40,889 nt of DNA, taken from contig JBGTIG010000166.1 of NCBI GenBank assembly GCA_041745755.1, positions 1-40,889 of the forward strand, in the 5' to 3' direction. Below are positions 1 through 8,613 of the stretch, in pieces. Made by a program: the position numbers and the translations under genes. Every line of letters begins with the position of its first letter. Position 1 is the first letter of the stretch. The notes under the pieces were generated by a model, which was not told the origin of the DNA, did not search any database, and saw only the letters and a list, made by a program, of their open reading frames with translations. The stretch comes from Lysobacterales bacterium. GTDB lineage: Bacteria; Pseudomonadota; Gammaproteobacteria; Xanthomonadales; Ahniellaceae.

Positions 1-1
1 G

Positions 2-277
2 CCGCCGGCGGCGACCGACGCCGCGACGGCGGCCGGACTCGGCAACATCGAATGGCTCGGCATGGCGATGTTCGAACGGTTCCTGCTGCCGTTCGAGATC
101 GCCGCCGTGATTCTCACCGTCGGCATCATCGCTGCCGTGGCGCTGACACTGCGCACCCGCACCGGATCGCGGCACCAGAGCGCCGCTGCACAGGTCGCGG
201 TGAGAAGCCGGGACCGCGTGCGTCTGGTCAAGGTCGCGAGCGCGTCGACCGGCGTCGACCGGGAACCGCGTCCATGA
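2..277 (+). CDS. nuoJ: NADH-quinone oxidoreductase subunit J, C-terminal fragment (5' end outside window)
   Basis: The frame is open from the window edge. The peptide ...[38 protein letters not shown]... matches the last TM helix and tail of NuoJ. Its TGA overlaps the nuoK ATG (ATGA at 274-277), and it sits directly upstream of nuoK-L-M-N. Confidence 0.85.
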   Translation, partial: PPAATDAATAAGLGNIEWLGMAMFERFLLPFEIAAVILTVGIIAAVALTLRTRTGSRHQSAAAQVAVRSRDRVRLVKVASASTGVDREPRP

Positions 278-579
278 TTTCCCTCGGCCATTATCTCGTG
301 CTCGGCGCGATCCTTTTTTCCATCTCGATCGCGGGCCTCATCATCAATCGCAAGAACCTGATCGTGCTACTCATGGCGATCGAGCTCATGCTGCTTGCGG
401 TGAATATCAACTTCGTGGCGTTCTCGCGGTATCTCGACGACGTCGCCGGTCAGATCTTCGTGTTCTTCATACTGACGGTTGCGGCCGCGGAGGCGGCCAT
501 AGGGCTCGCGATCCTGGTCGTGCTGTTCCGCAACCGGCGCACGATCGACGTCGGCGAACTCGACAGCTTGAAGCACTGA
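274..579 (+). CDS. nuoK: NADH-quinone oxidoreductase subunit K
   Basis: 101 aa starting at an internal ATG of ORF 52..579. [15 protein letters not shown]...[14 protein letters not shown]...[13 protein letters not shown] is a typical 3-TM NuoK. The position between nuoJ and nuoL agrees. Confidence 0.95.
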   Translation: MISLGHYLVLGAILFSISIAGLIINRKNLIVLLMAIELMLLAVNINFVAFSRYLDDVAGQIFVFFILTVAAAEAAIGLAILVVLFRNRRTIDVGELDSLKH

Positions 580-581
580 CC

Positions 582-2720
582 ATGATCGACGTCCGCGAAT
601 TGCTGATCGTCGCGCTGGCGCCCCTGCTTGGGGCCGTCATCGCGGGCCTCTTCGGGCGCCGGATCGGTCGCGCGGGCGCTCACTGGATCACGATCCTCGG
701 AGTGGCGGCGAGCTTCGCCCTGTCCTGCCACGTGCTCTTCGAGCTGGTTGCGAACGACGCGCAAGTGTTCAACCGCAACCTCTACACCTGGTTCGAGATC
801 GGCGGCATCTCCGCTCACATAGGCTTCCTGGTCGACCGGCTCACCGCGATGATGATGGTCGTCGTGACGTTCGTGTCGCTCATGGTGCACATCTACACCA
901 TCGGTTACATGGCCGACGACGACGGTTACCAGCGCTTCTTCTCCTACATCGCACTCTTCACGTTTTCGATGCTCATGCTGGTCATGAGCAACAACTTCCT
1001 GCAGCTTTTCTTCGGGTGGGAAGCGGTCGGACTGGTTTCGTACCTGCTCATCGGATTCTGGTTCAAGCGCCCCACGGCGGTGTTCGCGAACCTGAAGGCG
1101 TTCCTGGTCAACCGCGTCGGCGACTTCGGCTTCCTCCTCGGCATCGCCGGCATCCTCTACTGGCTCGGCACGCTCGACTACGCGGCGGCGTTCGATCGTC
1201 GGGCGGAGCTCGCGGCGGCCTCGATTTCGCCGTGGGGCACGACCACCTGGAGCGCTGCTTCGTTTGTCTGCATCGCGCTGTTCGTGGGTGCGATGGGCAA
1301 GTCCGCACAGGTTCCGCTGCATGTGTGGCTGCCGGATTCGATGGAGGGTCCGACACCCATCTCGGCGCTCATCCACGCCGCGACCATGGTCACCGCCGGC
1401 ATCTTCATGGTCGCGCGCATGTCGCCGCTGTTCGAGCTCAGCGACACGGCCCTGCAGTTCGTGTTGTTCATCGGGGCGACCACCGCGTTCTTCACCGGGC
1501 TCATCGGCATCGTGCAGAACGACATCAAGCGCGTGGTCGCGTATTCGACCCTGTCGCAGCTCGGTTACATGACCGTCGCGCTCGGGGTATCCGCCTACTC
1601 CGCCGCCGTCTTCCATCTGATGACGCACGCATTCTTCAAGGCGCTGCTGTTTCTGGCCGCGGGGAGCGTCATCATCGGCATGCACCACGAGCAGGACATG
1701 CGCCGCATGGGTGGTCTGCGCAGGCACATGCCGATCACCTGGTTCACCTGCCTGATCGGTACGCTGGCCCTGGTCGGGACCCCGTTCTTCTCCGGTTTCT
1801 ATTCCAAGGACACGATCATCGAGGCGGCGCACCACGCCGCCACGCACGACGGCGGCTGGATCGCGCAATACGCCTACTGGGCGGTGCTGCTCGGCGTCTT
1901 CGTCACGAGCTTCTACAGTTTCCGGTTGCTGTATCTCACCTTCCACGGCCGCGAGCGCTTCCGCGACGGATCGCTGCCGGTCGCGACTGGGGCCGGTCCC
2001 ACGGAAGCAGTTGTTGGAGCGAATGCAGGAGCGGCCCCAGCCGCGACAGCAGACCCGCATTACGCGCAAACGCCCGTGCATGCCGATCACCCGCACAACT
2101 CCCACGCGCTCGACGAACACGACCACCACCACGGACCGCACGAGCCGCACGAATCGCCTTGGGTCGTCACGGTCCCGTTGATCCTGCTGGCGATCCCCTC
2201 GATCCTGATCGGTTACTTCACCGTGGGCCCCATGCTGTTCGGCGACTTCTTCGGGGAGGCGATCTTCATCGATGCGACCCGACACGGCGCCATGGCGGCG
2301 CTTGGGGAGGAGTTCCATGGACCGATGGCCTTCGCCCTGCATGGGCTGACGGCGCCCGCCTTCTGGCTCGCGCTGGCGGGATTCGCGGCAGCCACCTTCA
2401 TCTACCTCCTGAAGCCCGGGTTGTCGGCGCGGTTCCGCACTGCGTTGGCGCCGCTGGTTTCCGTGCTGGAACGCAAGTACGGATTCGACGAGCTCTACCA
2501 GGCGGTGTTCGCGCGCGGCAGCCTGCTGCTCGGTCGCGGGCTCTGGCGTGCCGGCGACGTCGCGATGATCGACAACGGGCTGGTGAACAACCCGGCGAAG
2601 TTCGTTGATCGGAGCGCCGGGGTGCTGCGTTACCTGCAGTCCGGCTACCTCTACCACTATGCGATAGCGATGATCCTGGGGTTGATCGGACTGCTGGCGT
2701 TCGTGCGTTGGGGCGCCTGA
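582..2720 (+). CDS. nuoL: NADH-quinone oxidoreductase subunit L (antiporter-like)
   Basis: 712 aa. Mrp/ND5 family signatures are present (FFGWEAVGLVSYLLIGFW, SAQVPLHVWLPDSMEGPTPISALIHAATMVTAG). The operon position agrees. Confidence 0.97.
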   Translation: MIDVRELLIVALAPLLGAVIAGLFGRRIGRAGAHWITILGVAASFALSCHVLFELVANDAQVFNRNLYTWFEIGGISAHIGFLVDRLTAMMMVVVTFVSLMVHIYTIGYMADDDGYQRFFSYIALFTFSMLMLVMSNNFLQLFFGWEAVGLVSYLLIGFWFKRPTAVFANLKAFLVNRVGDFGFLLGIAGILYWLGTLDYAAAFDRRAELAAASISPWGTTTWSAASFVCIALFVGAMGKSAQVPLHVWLPDSMEGPTPISALIHAATMVTAGIFMVARMSPLFELSDTALQFVLFIGATTAFFTGLIGIVQNDIKRVVAYSTLSQLGYMTVALGVSAYSAAVFHLMTHAFFKALLFLAAGSVIIGMHHEQDMRRMGGLRRHMPITWFTCLIGTLALVGTPFFSGFYSKDTIIEAAHHAATHDGGWIAQYAYWAVLLGVFVTSFYSFRLLYLTFHGRERFRDGSLPVATGAGPTEAVVGANAGAAPAATADPHYAQTPVHADHPHNSHALDEHDHHHGPHEPHESPWVVTVPLILLAIPSILIGYFTVGPMLFGDFFGEAIFIDATRHGAMAALGEEFHGPMAFALHGLTAPAFWLALAGFAAATFIYLLKPGLSARFRTALAPLVSVLERKYGFDELYQAVFARGSLLLGRGLWRAGDVAMIDNGLVNNPAKFVDRSAGVLRYLQSGYLYHYAIAMILGLIGLLAFVRWGA

Positions 2721-2724
2721 CCTC

Positions 2725-4251
2725 ATGAGCTTCGAACTCGCCTTCCAGCTGCCGCTTCTGAGCCTCCTGATCTGGCTGCCGATCCTGGGTGGCGTGGTCA
2801 CGCTGCTGCTCGGACCGAAACACGCGAACGCGGCCCGCTGGCTTTCGCTGCTGGTGATGTTCGCGGGGTTGCTGCTTTCCATCGCGCTCTACATGGCGTT
2901 CGAGGTCGAGTCCGGCGAGCTTCAGTTCGGCGAACAGCTGCCGTGGCTGCCTGCGATCCAGGCGTTCTACCGCCTCGGCGTCGACGGAGTTTCGGTTGCG
3001 CTGATCCTCCTGACCACGTTCACGGGCGTGCTCGTCGTGGGCGGCGCCTGGAGTGCGGTCAATACGCGCGTGCATCAGTACTTCGCCGCATTCCTGTTCC
3101 TGCAGGGACTCATGATCGGGGTGTTCTGTGCGCAGGATGCGCTGCTGTTCTACATGTTCTTCGAGGGCATGCTCATCCCCATGTTCCTCATCATCGGCGT
3201 CTGGGGCGGCGAGCGCCGCGTGTATGCCACGCTCAAGTTCTTCCTTTACACGTTCTTCGGTTCGGTGTTCATGCTGGTCGGGCTGATCTGGCTTTATCTC
3301 GACGCCGGCTCGTTCGACCTCGCGGTACTCGCGGAGCATCCGCTCACCCGCATGCAGCAGACATGGCTGTTCTTCGCGTTCCTGCTCGCTTTCGCCGTCA
3401 AGGTGCCGATGTTCCCGGTGCACACCTGGTTGCCGGACGCGCACGTCGAGGCACCGACGGCCGGATCGGTGGTGCTGGCGGCCATCCTGCTGAAAATCGG
3501 CGGATACGGATTCCTTCGCTTCAGCCTGCCGATCACACCCGATGCCTCGCAGGAGTTCGCCTGGCTCGTCATCGCGCTCTCGTTGATCGCCATCGTGTAC
3601 ATCGGCTTCGTCGCGCTGGTCCAGGAGGACATGAAGAAGCTCATCGCGTACTCGTCGATCTCGCACATGGGGTTCGTCACGCTGGGCGTGTTCATCGCGC
3701 TTGCGCTCGTACGCGACTTCGGCAACGCGGATGCAGCGCAGCTCGCCGTGCAGGGCGCGATGGTGCAGATGGTCTCGCACGGCTTCATCTCGGGCGCGAT
3801 GTTCACCTGCGTCGGCATGCTCTACGAGCGCACCCATAGCCGCATGATCCGGGACTACGGGGGCGTGGCCAACGTGATGCCGTGGTTCGCGGCGTACTGG
3901 GTCCTGTTCGCGATGGCGAACTGCGGTCTGCCCGGAACTTCCGGATTCGTAGGGGAATTCATGGTGATCGTCGCCGTGTTCCAGGCCAACCCCTGGCTCG
4001 CTTTCGGTGCGGCGATCACGCTGGTGCTGGGCGCGGCGTACACCCTGTGGCTTACGAAGCGGGTGGTATTCGGCGACGTGGCCAACCCGACGGTCGCCGG
4101 CCTTCGGGATATCAACACGCGGGAAGCGTGGGTACTCGGCGCGTTCGCGGCGGCCACGCTTGCACTCGGCGTCTGGCCCAAGCCGCTCACCGATCTCATG
4201 AACCCCGCGATAGCCGAGCTCGTCGCCCAGCTCGCCAGCGGGAAGATCTAG
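2725..4251 (+). CDS. nuoM: NADH-quinone oxidoreductase subunit M
   Basis: 508 aa. ND4-like motifs are present (FAVKVPMFPVHTWLPDAHVEAPTAGSVVLAAILLK, LIAYSSISHMGF). It follows nuoL. Confidence 0.97.
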   Translation: MSFELAFQLPLLSLLIWLPILGGVVTLLLGPKHANAARWLSLLVMFAGLLLSIALYMAFEVESGELQFGEQLPWLPAIQAFYRLGVDGVSVALILLTTFTGVLVVGGAWSAVNTRVHQYFAAFLFLQGLMIGVFCAQDALLFYMFFEGMLIPMFLIIGVWGGERRVYATLKFFLYTFFGSVFMLVGLIWLYLDAGSFDLAVLAEHPLTRMQQTWLFFAFLLAFAVKVPMFPVHTWLPDAHVEAPTAGSVVLAAILLKIGGYGFLRFSLPITPDASQEFAWLVIALSLIAIVYIGFVALVQEDMKKLIAYSSISHMGFVTLGVFIALALVRDFGNADAAQLAVQGAMVQMVSHGFISGAMFTCVGMLYERTHSRMIRDYGGVANVMPWFAAYWVLFAMANCGLPGTSGFVGEFMVIVAVFQANPWLAFGAAITLVLGAAYTLWLTKRVVFGDVANPTVAGLRDINTREAWVLGAFAAATLALGVWPKPLTDLMNPAIAELVAQLASGKI

Positions 4252-4254
4252 GAC

Positions 4255-5706
4255 ATGGAACCCACGATGTTTTCCCTCGAGGACGTGGCAACGCTCGCTC
4301 CCGAGCTGTTCCTGCTGGCGGCGACCTGCGTGATCCTGATGGTGGACCTGTTCCTCGCGCAGGCGCGCCGTCACGTCACCCACTGGCTTTCCGTCGCGGT
4401 GCTGGTGCTCACTGCGTTGCTGGTGCTGCGTGCGCATGGCGCCGAAGCCGTGACGGCATTCGGCGGCATGTTCGTGCGCGACGGCCTCACCACACTGCTC
4501 GAAGTCTTCGTCCTCGGCGTGAGCGCGGTGGTGCTGGTCTACGCGCGGCCCTATCTCGAGCGACAGTCGCTGTTCGCCGGAGAGTTCTATCTGCTCACCC
4601 TGTTCGCGGTGCTCGGAATGCTGCTGCAGGTGGCGAGCGGCAACCTGCTGATGCTCTATCTCGGTCTCGAACTCATGTCGCTGTCGAGCTACGCGCTGGT
4701 CGCGCTCCAGCGCGACTCAGGCACCGCGTCCGAGGCCGCGATGAAGTACTTCGTGCTCGGCGCGCTCGCCTCGGGGCTGCTGCTGTACGGCATGTCGCTG
4801 CTCTACGGGGCGACCGGAACCCTGCAGCTCGACCAGCTCGCCGCGGTCGGCGCCGTCGGTTACGAACGCGGTCTGCTGGCGTTCGGACTGGCATTCGTGG
4901 TGGTCGGCGTTGCCTTCAAGCTCGGCGCCGCGCCGTTCCACATGTGGTTGCCGGACGTGTACCAGGGTTCGCCCACGGCGGTGACCCTGTTCATCGCGGC
5001 GGCGCCGAAAATAGCCGCGTTTGGCATGTTGTACCGACTGCTGGTCGACGGGCTGCCGTCGATGGGAGGCTCCTGGACCGTGATGCTCGGCGTGCTTGCG
5101 GTCTTGTCCATGGGCGTGGGCAACGTATTCGCACTCGCGCAACAGGATCTGAAAAGGATGCTGGCCTACTCGACCATCTCGCACGTGGGCTTCCTGCTCA
5201 TGGGTATGGTCGCGGCCAACCGCGCCGGCTACGAGGCGGCTACCTTCTATGCGGTGACCTACGCGCTCGCGACCGCCGCGGCCTTTGGCGTCATGCTGGC
5301 GCTTCGCCGCTCGGGCGTGGAGATCTCGCGCATCGACGACCTGCGCGGACTGAACGCGCAGCATCCCTGGCTCGCACTGCTCATGCTCGGCGTGATGGCT
5401 TCGCTGACCGGCATTCCCGGGTTCGTCGGCTTCACCGCAAAGGTGCTGGCAATAAGGTCGGCGCTCGACGCCGACATGCTCTGGCTTGCGATCACGGCGG
5501 TCGCCTTTGCGGTTATCGGCGCGTTCTACTACCTGCGCGTCATCAAGGTCATGTACTTCGACGAGCCGCTGGTCGCGGGATCGTTCGAGGTCGCTGCCGA
5601 TCCCGTGCTGCGAAGCACGCTCGTGGTCAACGGTGTCGCCCTCGTCGGGCTGTTCTTCATCGGCGCCCCGCTCACCGCGTGGATCGCCACCGCTTTTTCA
5701 CCTTGA
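4255..5706 (+). CDS. nuoN: NADH-quinone oxidoreductase subunit N
   Basis: 483 aa. ND2-like motifs are present (FKLGAAPFHMWLPDVYQGSPTAVTLFIAAAPK, MLAYSTISHVGF). It is the last gene of the nuo operon. Confidence 0.95.
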   Translation: MEPTMFSLEDVATLAPELFLLAATCVILMVDLFLAQARRHVTHWLSVAVLVLTALLVLRAHGAEAVTAFGGMFVRDGLTTLLEVFVLGVSAVVLVYARPYLERQSLFAGEFYLLTLFAVLGMLLQVASGNLLMLYLGLELMSLSSYALVALQRDSGTASEAAMKYFVLGALASGLLLYGMSLLYGATGTLQLDQLAAVGAVGYERGLLAFGLAFVVVGVAFKLGAAPFHMWLPDVYQGSPTAVTLFIAAAPKIAAFGMLYRLLVDGLPSMGGSWTVMLGVLAVLSMGVGNVFALAQQDLKRMLAYSTISHVGFLLMGMVAANRAGYEAATFYAVTYALATAAAFGVMLALRRSGVEISRIDDLRGLNAQHPWLALLMLGVMASLTGIPGFVGFTAKVLAIRSALDADMLWLAITAVAFAVIGAFYYLRVIKVMYFDEPLVAGSFEVAADPVLRSTLVVNGVALVGLFFIGAPLTAWIATAFSP

Positions 5707-5825
5707 TCGCGCGACCGGATTGGTCCATTTCAGGGTTGCGAAGCGCGCGAAGTCGCGGTCCGTCGTGCACAGCGTCGCGCCGATTTCGATCGGTAGCGTC
5801 CCAGTTTGAACGGCCAGGCCTCGGG

Positions 5826-5989
5826 ACCGTTCGTGGCTCAGGGTCACCACGAACGGAATCGGTCGCGCGGGGATCGGCTTTCCTCGCGATTCCGTTCATG
5901 ATTCGACTGGCCAACCACGAGCGGAATTCCCGACTGATCTGTCCGCGGTTCCACCCTTCGTCAGGCTAAGAGTCACCACCAACGGAATT
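5826..5989. repeat. Array of five ~16-nt boxes (consensus TCACCACGAACGGAAT; 3 direct, 2 inverted) in the nuoN/tRNA-fMet spacer
   Basis: Read directly from the sequence. Copies are 5826-5838 (inverted), 5844-5860 tcaccacgaacggaatc, 5888-5904 (inverted, gaatcatgaacggaatc), 5912-5928 caaccacgagcggaatt and 5973-5989 tcaccaccaacggaatt. The first two copies form a perfect inverted repeat, ccgttcgtgg-N10-ccacgaacgg (5827-5856). Confidence 0.6.
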
Positions 5990-6020
5990 TCACCGGGTCA
6001 CTACCCAAGGGCCATCCCGC

Positions 6021-6050
6021 TTGCGGGCGATGGCGGCGGGCCGCTAGAAT
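6021..6050 (+). promoter_or_regulatory. Putative sigma70 promoter of the tRNA-fMet/rimP-nusA operon
   Basis: TTGCGG (6021-6026), an 18-nt spacer, then TAGAAT (6045-6050). The -10 element ends 13 nt before the mature tRNA 5' end. This is a sequence match only. Confidence 0.35.
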
Positions 6051-6063
6051 GCCCGACGGCTGA

Positions 6064-6140
6064 TGCGGGGTGGAGCAGTCTGGCAGCTCGTCGGGCTCAT
6101 AACCCGAAGGTCGCAGGTTCAAATCCTGCCCCCGCTACCA
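6064..6140 (+). tRNA. metY: Initiator tRNA-fMet (anticodon CAT)
   Basis: 77 nt and nearly identical to E. coli tRNA-fMet. It has three G:C pairs at the bottom of the anticodon stem (tcGGGctcataaCCCga), an unpaired 1:72 position, TTCAAAT in the T loop and an encoded CCA. The position upstream of rimP-nusA matches E. coli metY. Confidence 0.9.
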
Positions 6141-6151
6141 TCGATTCCGGG

Positions 6152-6180
6152 AGGCCTCCAAGACGGGGCCTTTTTTGTTT
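6152..6180 (+). terminator. Weak intrinsic terminator/attenuator after tRNA-fMet
   Basis: A 5-bp aggcc...ggcct stem (6152-6156 with 6167-6171), extendable by G-U pairs, is followed by TTTTTTGTTT. Confidence 0.45.
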
Positions 6181-6306
6181 GGCTTCCGCTCGCGGTAAGT
6201 CCGGGATCGAAGGGATCGCAAGGAAGCGTGCGCTGACCGATCCCGGGTTTTTCGAGGATGGGCCGTTGGCCCATTTTTTTTTGCCGAAGGAAACTCAAGC
6301 CCGTCG

Positions 6307-7005
6307 ATGAAAGAGCAGCGAATCATCGAGATTCTGTCACCCGCGATCACCGGACTCGGGCTCGAGGTCCTCGGCGTCGAGTACGCGCCGCACGCGAGCA
6401 ACAGCCTGGTGCGCGTCTACATCGAGGCGCCCGGGCGTGCAGTGTCGGTGGACGACTGCGAACGCGCGAGCCGCGAGATCGCGAGTGTCCTCGACGTCGA
6501 GGATCCCATCCAGGGTCGATATACGCTGGAAGTCTCCTCACCGGGTCTTGATCGCCTGCTGTTCACCTCCGCCCAGGTTGCGCGCCACGTGGGGGAGACA
6601 GCGAAGTTCACGCTAAACCTTCCGCAGGACGGGCGGCGGCGCGTACAGGGGCGGATCGAGGGCGTCGACGGCGAACGCATCGAGCTCGATGTCGAGGGGG
6701 AACCGATCACCCTTGATTTCGGCAACGTGGCCAAGGCGCGGCTGGTGCCGGATTTCGCGACGATCCTTCCCGGTACGGGCAACAAGCCGGGTCGGAAATC
6801 AACAGGGAAAGCCAAGGGAGCAGGCGTGCCGGGATCGCGCAGCAAGCGCAGGAATGACGCTGCAACTGACCCCTCTCGCGGCCCGGTCCGGGCCGCGTCC
6901 GGAGCGCAGGCGTCGAGTGCGGCATCCGCAGGAATCCAGCAACCAGAACACAGCAAGGCGCGCGGTGCGCGTCCCGCAGGAGCAGGAGTCTTCAGAGATG
7001 AGTAA
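6307..7005 (+). CDS. rimP: Ribosome maturation factor RimP with a long basic C-terminal extension
   Basis: 232 aa. The N-terminal ~150 aa (LEVLGVEY...VRVYIE...SVDDCERASREI...YTLEVSSPGLDR...) match RimP. The position between metY and nusA agrees. The stop overlaps the nusA start by 8 nt. Confidence 0.9.
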   Translation: MKEQRIIEILSPAITGLGLEVLGVEYAPHASNSLVRVYIEAPGRAVSVDDCERASREIASVLDVEDPIQGRYTLEVSSPGLDRLLFTSAQVARHVGETAKFTLNLPQDGRRRVQGRIEGVDGERIELDVEGEPITLDFGNVAKARLVPDFATILPGTGNKPGRKSTGKAKGAGVPGSRSKRRNDAATDPSRGPVRAASGAQASSAASAGIQQPEHSKARGARPAGAGVFRDE

Positions 7006-8506
7006 AGAAATGCTGTTGGTGGTGGACGCCGTCGCCAACGAGAAGGGAGTATCGAGGGACGTCATCATCGAGGCGCTCGAAGCTGCGCTCGCGTCGGCAG
7101 CCAAGAAGCGCTACGACGAACAGGACGTCGAAGTGCGCGTGCAGATCGATCCGGTCAGCGGCGAGTACCAGACCTTCCGCCGCTGGGAGGTCGTGGCCGA
7201 CGACGTGGTCATGGAATCACCGGAGCGGCAACTGCGCCTGATGGACGCGGTGGACGAGAAGTCCGATGCGGAGGTCGGCGAGTTCATCGAGGAACCGATC
7301 GCCAACGCCGAATTCGGCCGCATCCAGGCCCAGGCAGCCAAGCAGGTCATCGTGCAGCGCGTGCGCGAAGCCGAGCGCGCGCAGGTCGCGGAAGACTACA
7401 AGGATCGCGTTGGCGAGCTGCTCACGGGTGTCGTGAAGCGCGTCGAGCGCGGCAACATCTATCTCGATCTCGGCGGCAACGCCGAGGCGTTCGTGCCGCG
7501 CGAGCGCTCGATACCGCGCGAGGCCGTGCGCGCCGGCGATCGCCTGCGCGGGTTCCTGCAGGAGATCAAGACCGACGCGCGCGGACCCCAGTTGTTCGTT
7601 TCGCGCAGCGCGCCCGAGCTCATGATGGAGCTGTTCAAGATCGAAGTGCCGGAAGTGGGACAGGGACTCGTCGAGATCATGGCCTGCGCGCGCGATCCGG
7701 GCGATCGCGCCAAGATCGCGGTTCGCGCGCACGATCACCGCACGGATCCCATCGGCGCCTGCATCGGCATGCGGGGTTCGCGCGTCCAGGCGGTGACCAA
7801 CGAGCTCAACGGCGAGCGGGTCGACATCGTGCTCTGGAACGACAACCCGGCGCAGTTCGTGATCAACGCCATGGCGCCCGCGGAGGTGCAGTCGATCATC
7901 GTCGACGAGGACAAGCACAGCATGGATCTGGCGGTGGCGGAGACCGAACTGTCGAAGGCGATTGGCCGCGGCGGCCAGAACGTGCGTCTGGCCAGCAAGC
8001 TGACCGGCTGGCATCTCAACGTGATGACGCAGGACCAGGTCCGACAGAAGTCGGAAGCCGAGCAGGAAACCGCGCGCAACCTCTTCATCGAGAAACTGGA
8101 AGTCGACGCGGAGATCGCGTCGATCCTCGTGCAGGAGGGGTTCTCCAGCATCGAGGAGATCGCCTACGTGCCGGACTCCGAGCTGCTCGCGGTCGAGGAG
8201 TTCGATACCGACATCGTCGAGGAACTGCGCGCCCGCGCCCGCGATGCGCTGCTTACGCAAATGATCGCGGCGGAGGAGGACCTCGACGAGCACGCGCCCA
8301 GTGCGGAGCTGCTGGCACTCGAGGGCATGGACGACCAGGTGGCGTTCGCGCTGGCCGAGCGCGGTGTGCGCACGCTCGAGGACCTGGCCGACATGGCCAC
8401 CGACGAGATCAGCGACATCGAGGGCCTCGACGAAGAGCGGGCGGCGGGGCTCATCATGGCGGCGCGCGCGCCGATGCTTGCGCGAATGGAACTGGAACAG
8501 GCCTGA
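6998..8506 (+). CDS. nusA: Transcription termination/antitermination factor NusA
   Basis: 502 aa from an internal ATG of ORF 6689..8506. MSKEMLLVVDAVANEKGVSRDVIIEALEAALASAAKK aligns with the E. coli NusA N-terminus. S1 and KH regions (GACIGMRGSRVQAV, AIGRGGQNVRLAS) and the acidic C-terminal repeats are present. Confidence 0.97.
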   Translation: MSKEMLLVVDAVANEKGVSRDVIIEALEAALASAAKKRYDEQDVEVRVQIDPVSGEYQTFRRWEVVADDVVMESPERQLRLMDAVDEKSDAEVGEFIEEPIANAEFGRIQAQAAKQVIVQRVREAERAQVAEDYKDRVGELLTGVVKRVERGNIYLDLGGNAEAFVPRERSIPREAVRAGDRLRGFLQEIKTDARGPQLFVSRSAPELMMELFKIEVPEVGQGLVEIMACARDPGDRAKIAVRAHDHRTDPIGACIGMRGSRVQAVTNELNGERVDIVLWNDNPAQFVINAMAPAEVQSIIVDEDKHSMDLAVAETELSKAIGRGGQNVRLASKLTGWHLNVMTQDQVRQKSEAEQETARNLFIEKLEVDAEIASILVQEGFSSIEEIAYVPDSELLAVEEFDTDIVEELRARARDALLTQMIAAEEDLDEHAPSAELLALEGMDDQVAFALAERGVRTLEDLADMATDEISDIEGLDEERAAGLIMAARAPMLARMELEQA

Positions 8507-8613
8507 AGCACGTCGTCTTCGGATGATTCGTCGGCCCGCGGTTTTGCGTGGCGCCGACGCACCTCAGGCAAAGAATGCGGTACGCAACGCGGCGATACGC
8601 GGGAGCGCTCAGA

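Noticed and set aside
450-2882. 810-aa ORF on the minus strand across nuoK and nuoL. Similar giant antisense ORFs occur at 2398..4437, 13141..15333, 27111..28955, 32296..34101, 34580..36244 and elsewhere.
   Set aside because: They lie exactly antisense to genes with unambiguous family signatures. Their products are Arg/Gly/His/Asp-rich with no recognisable motifs. Stop-free antisense frames are expected at this GC content.
6689-6997. Upstream extensions of nusA (6689), infB (8548), rbfA (11190), clpP (26727), lon (28923), ppiD (32422), htpX (22699), dnaQ (38450) and rnhA (37737) given by the longest-ORF track.
   Set aside because: In each case an internal start reproduces the conserved N-terminus of the family, often with a Shine-Dalgarno. 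The extension overlaps the preceding gene or is compositionally off-frame-like.
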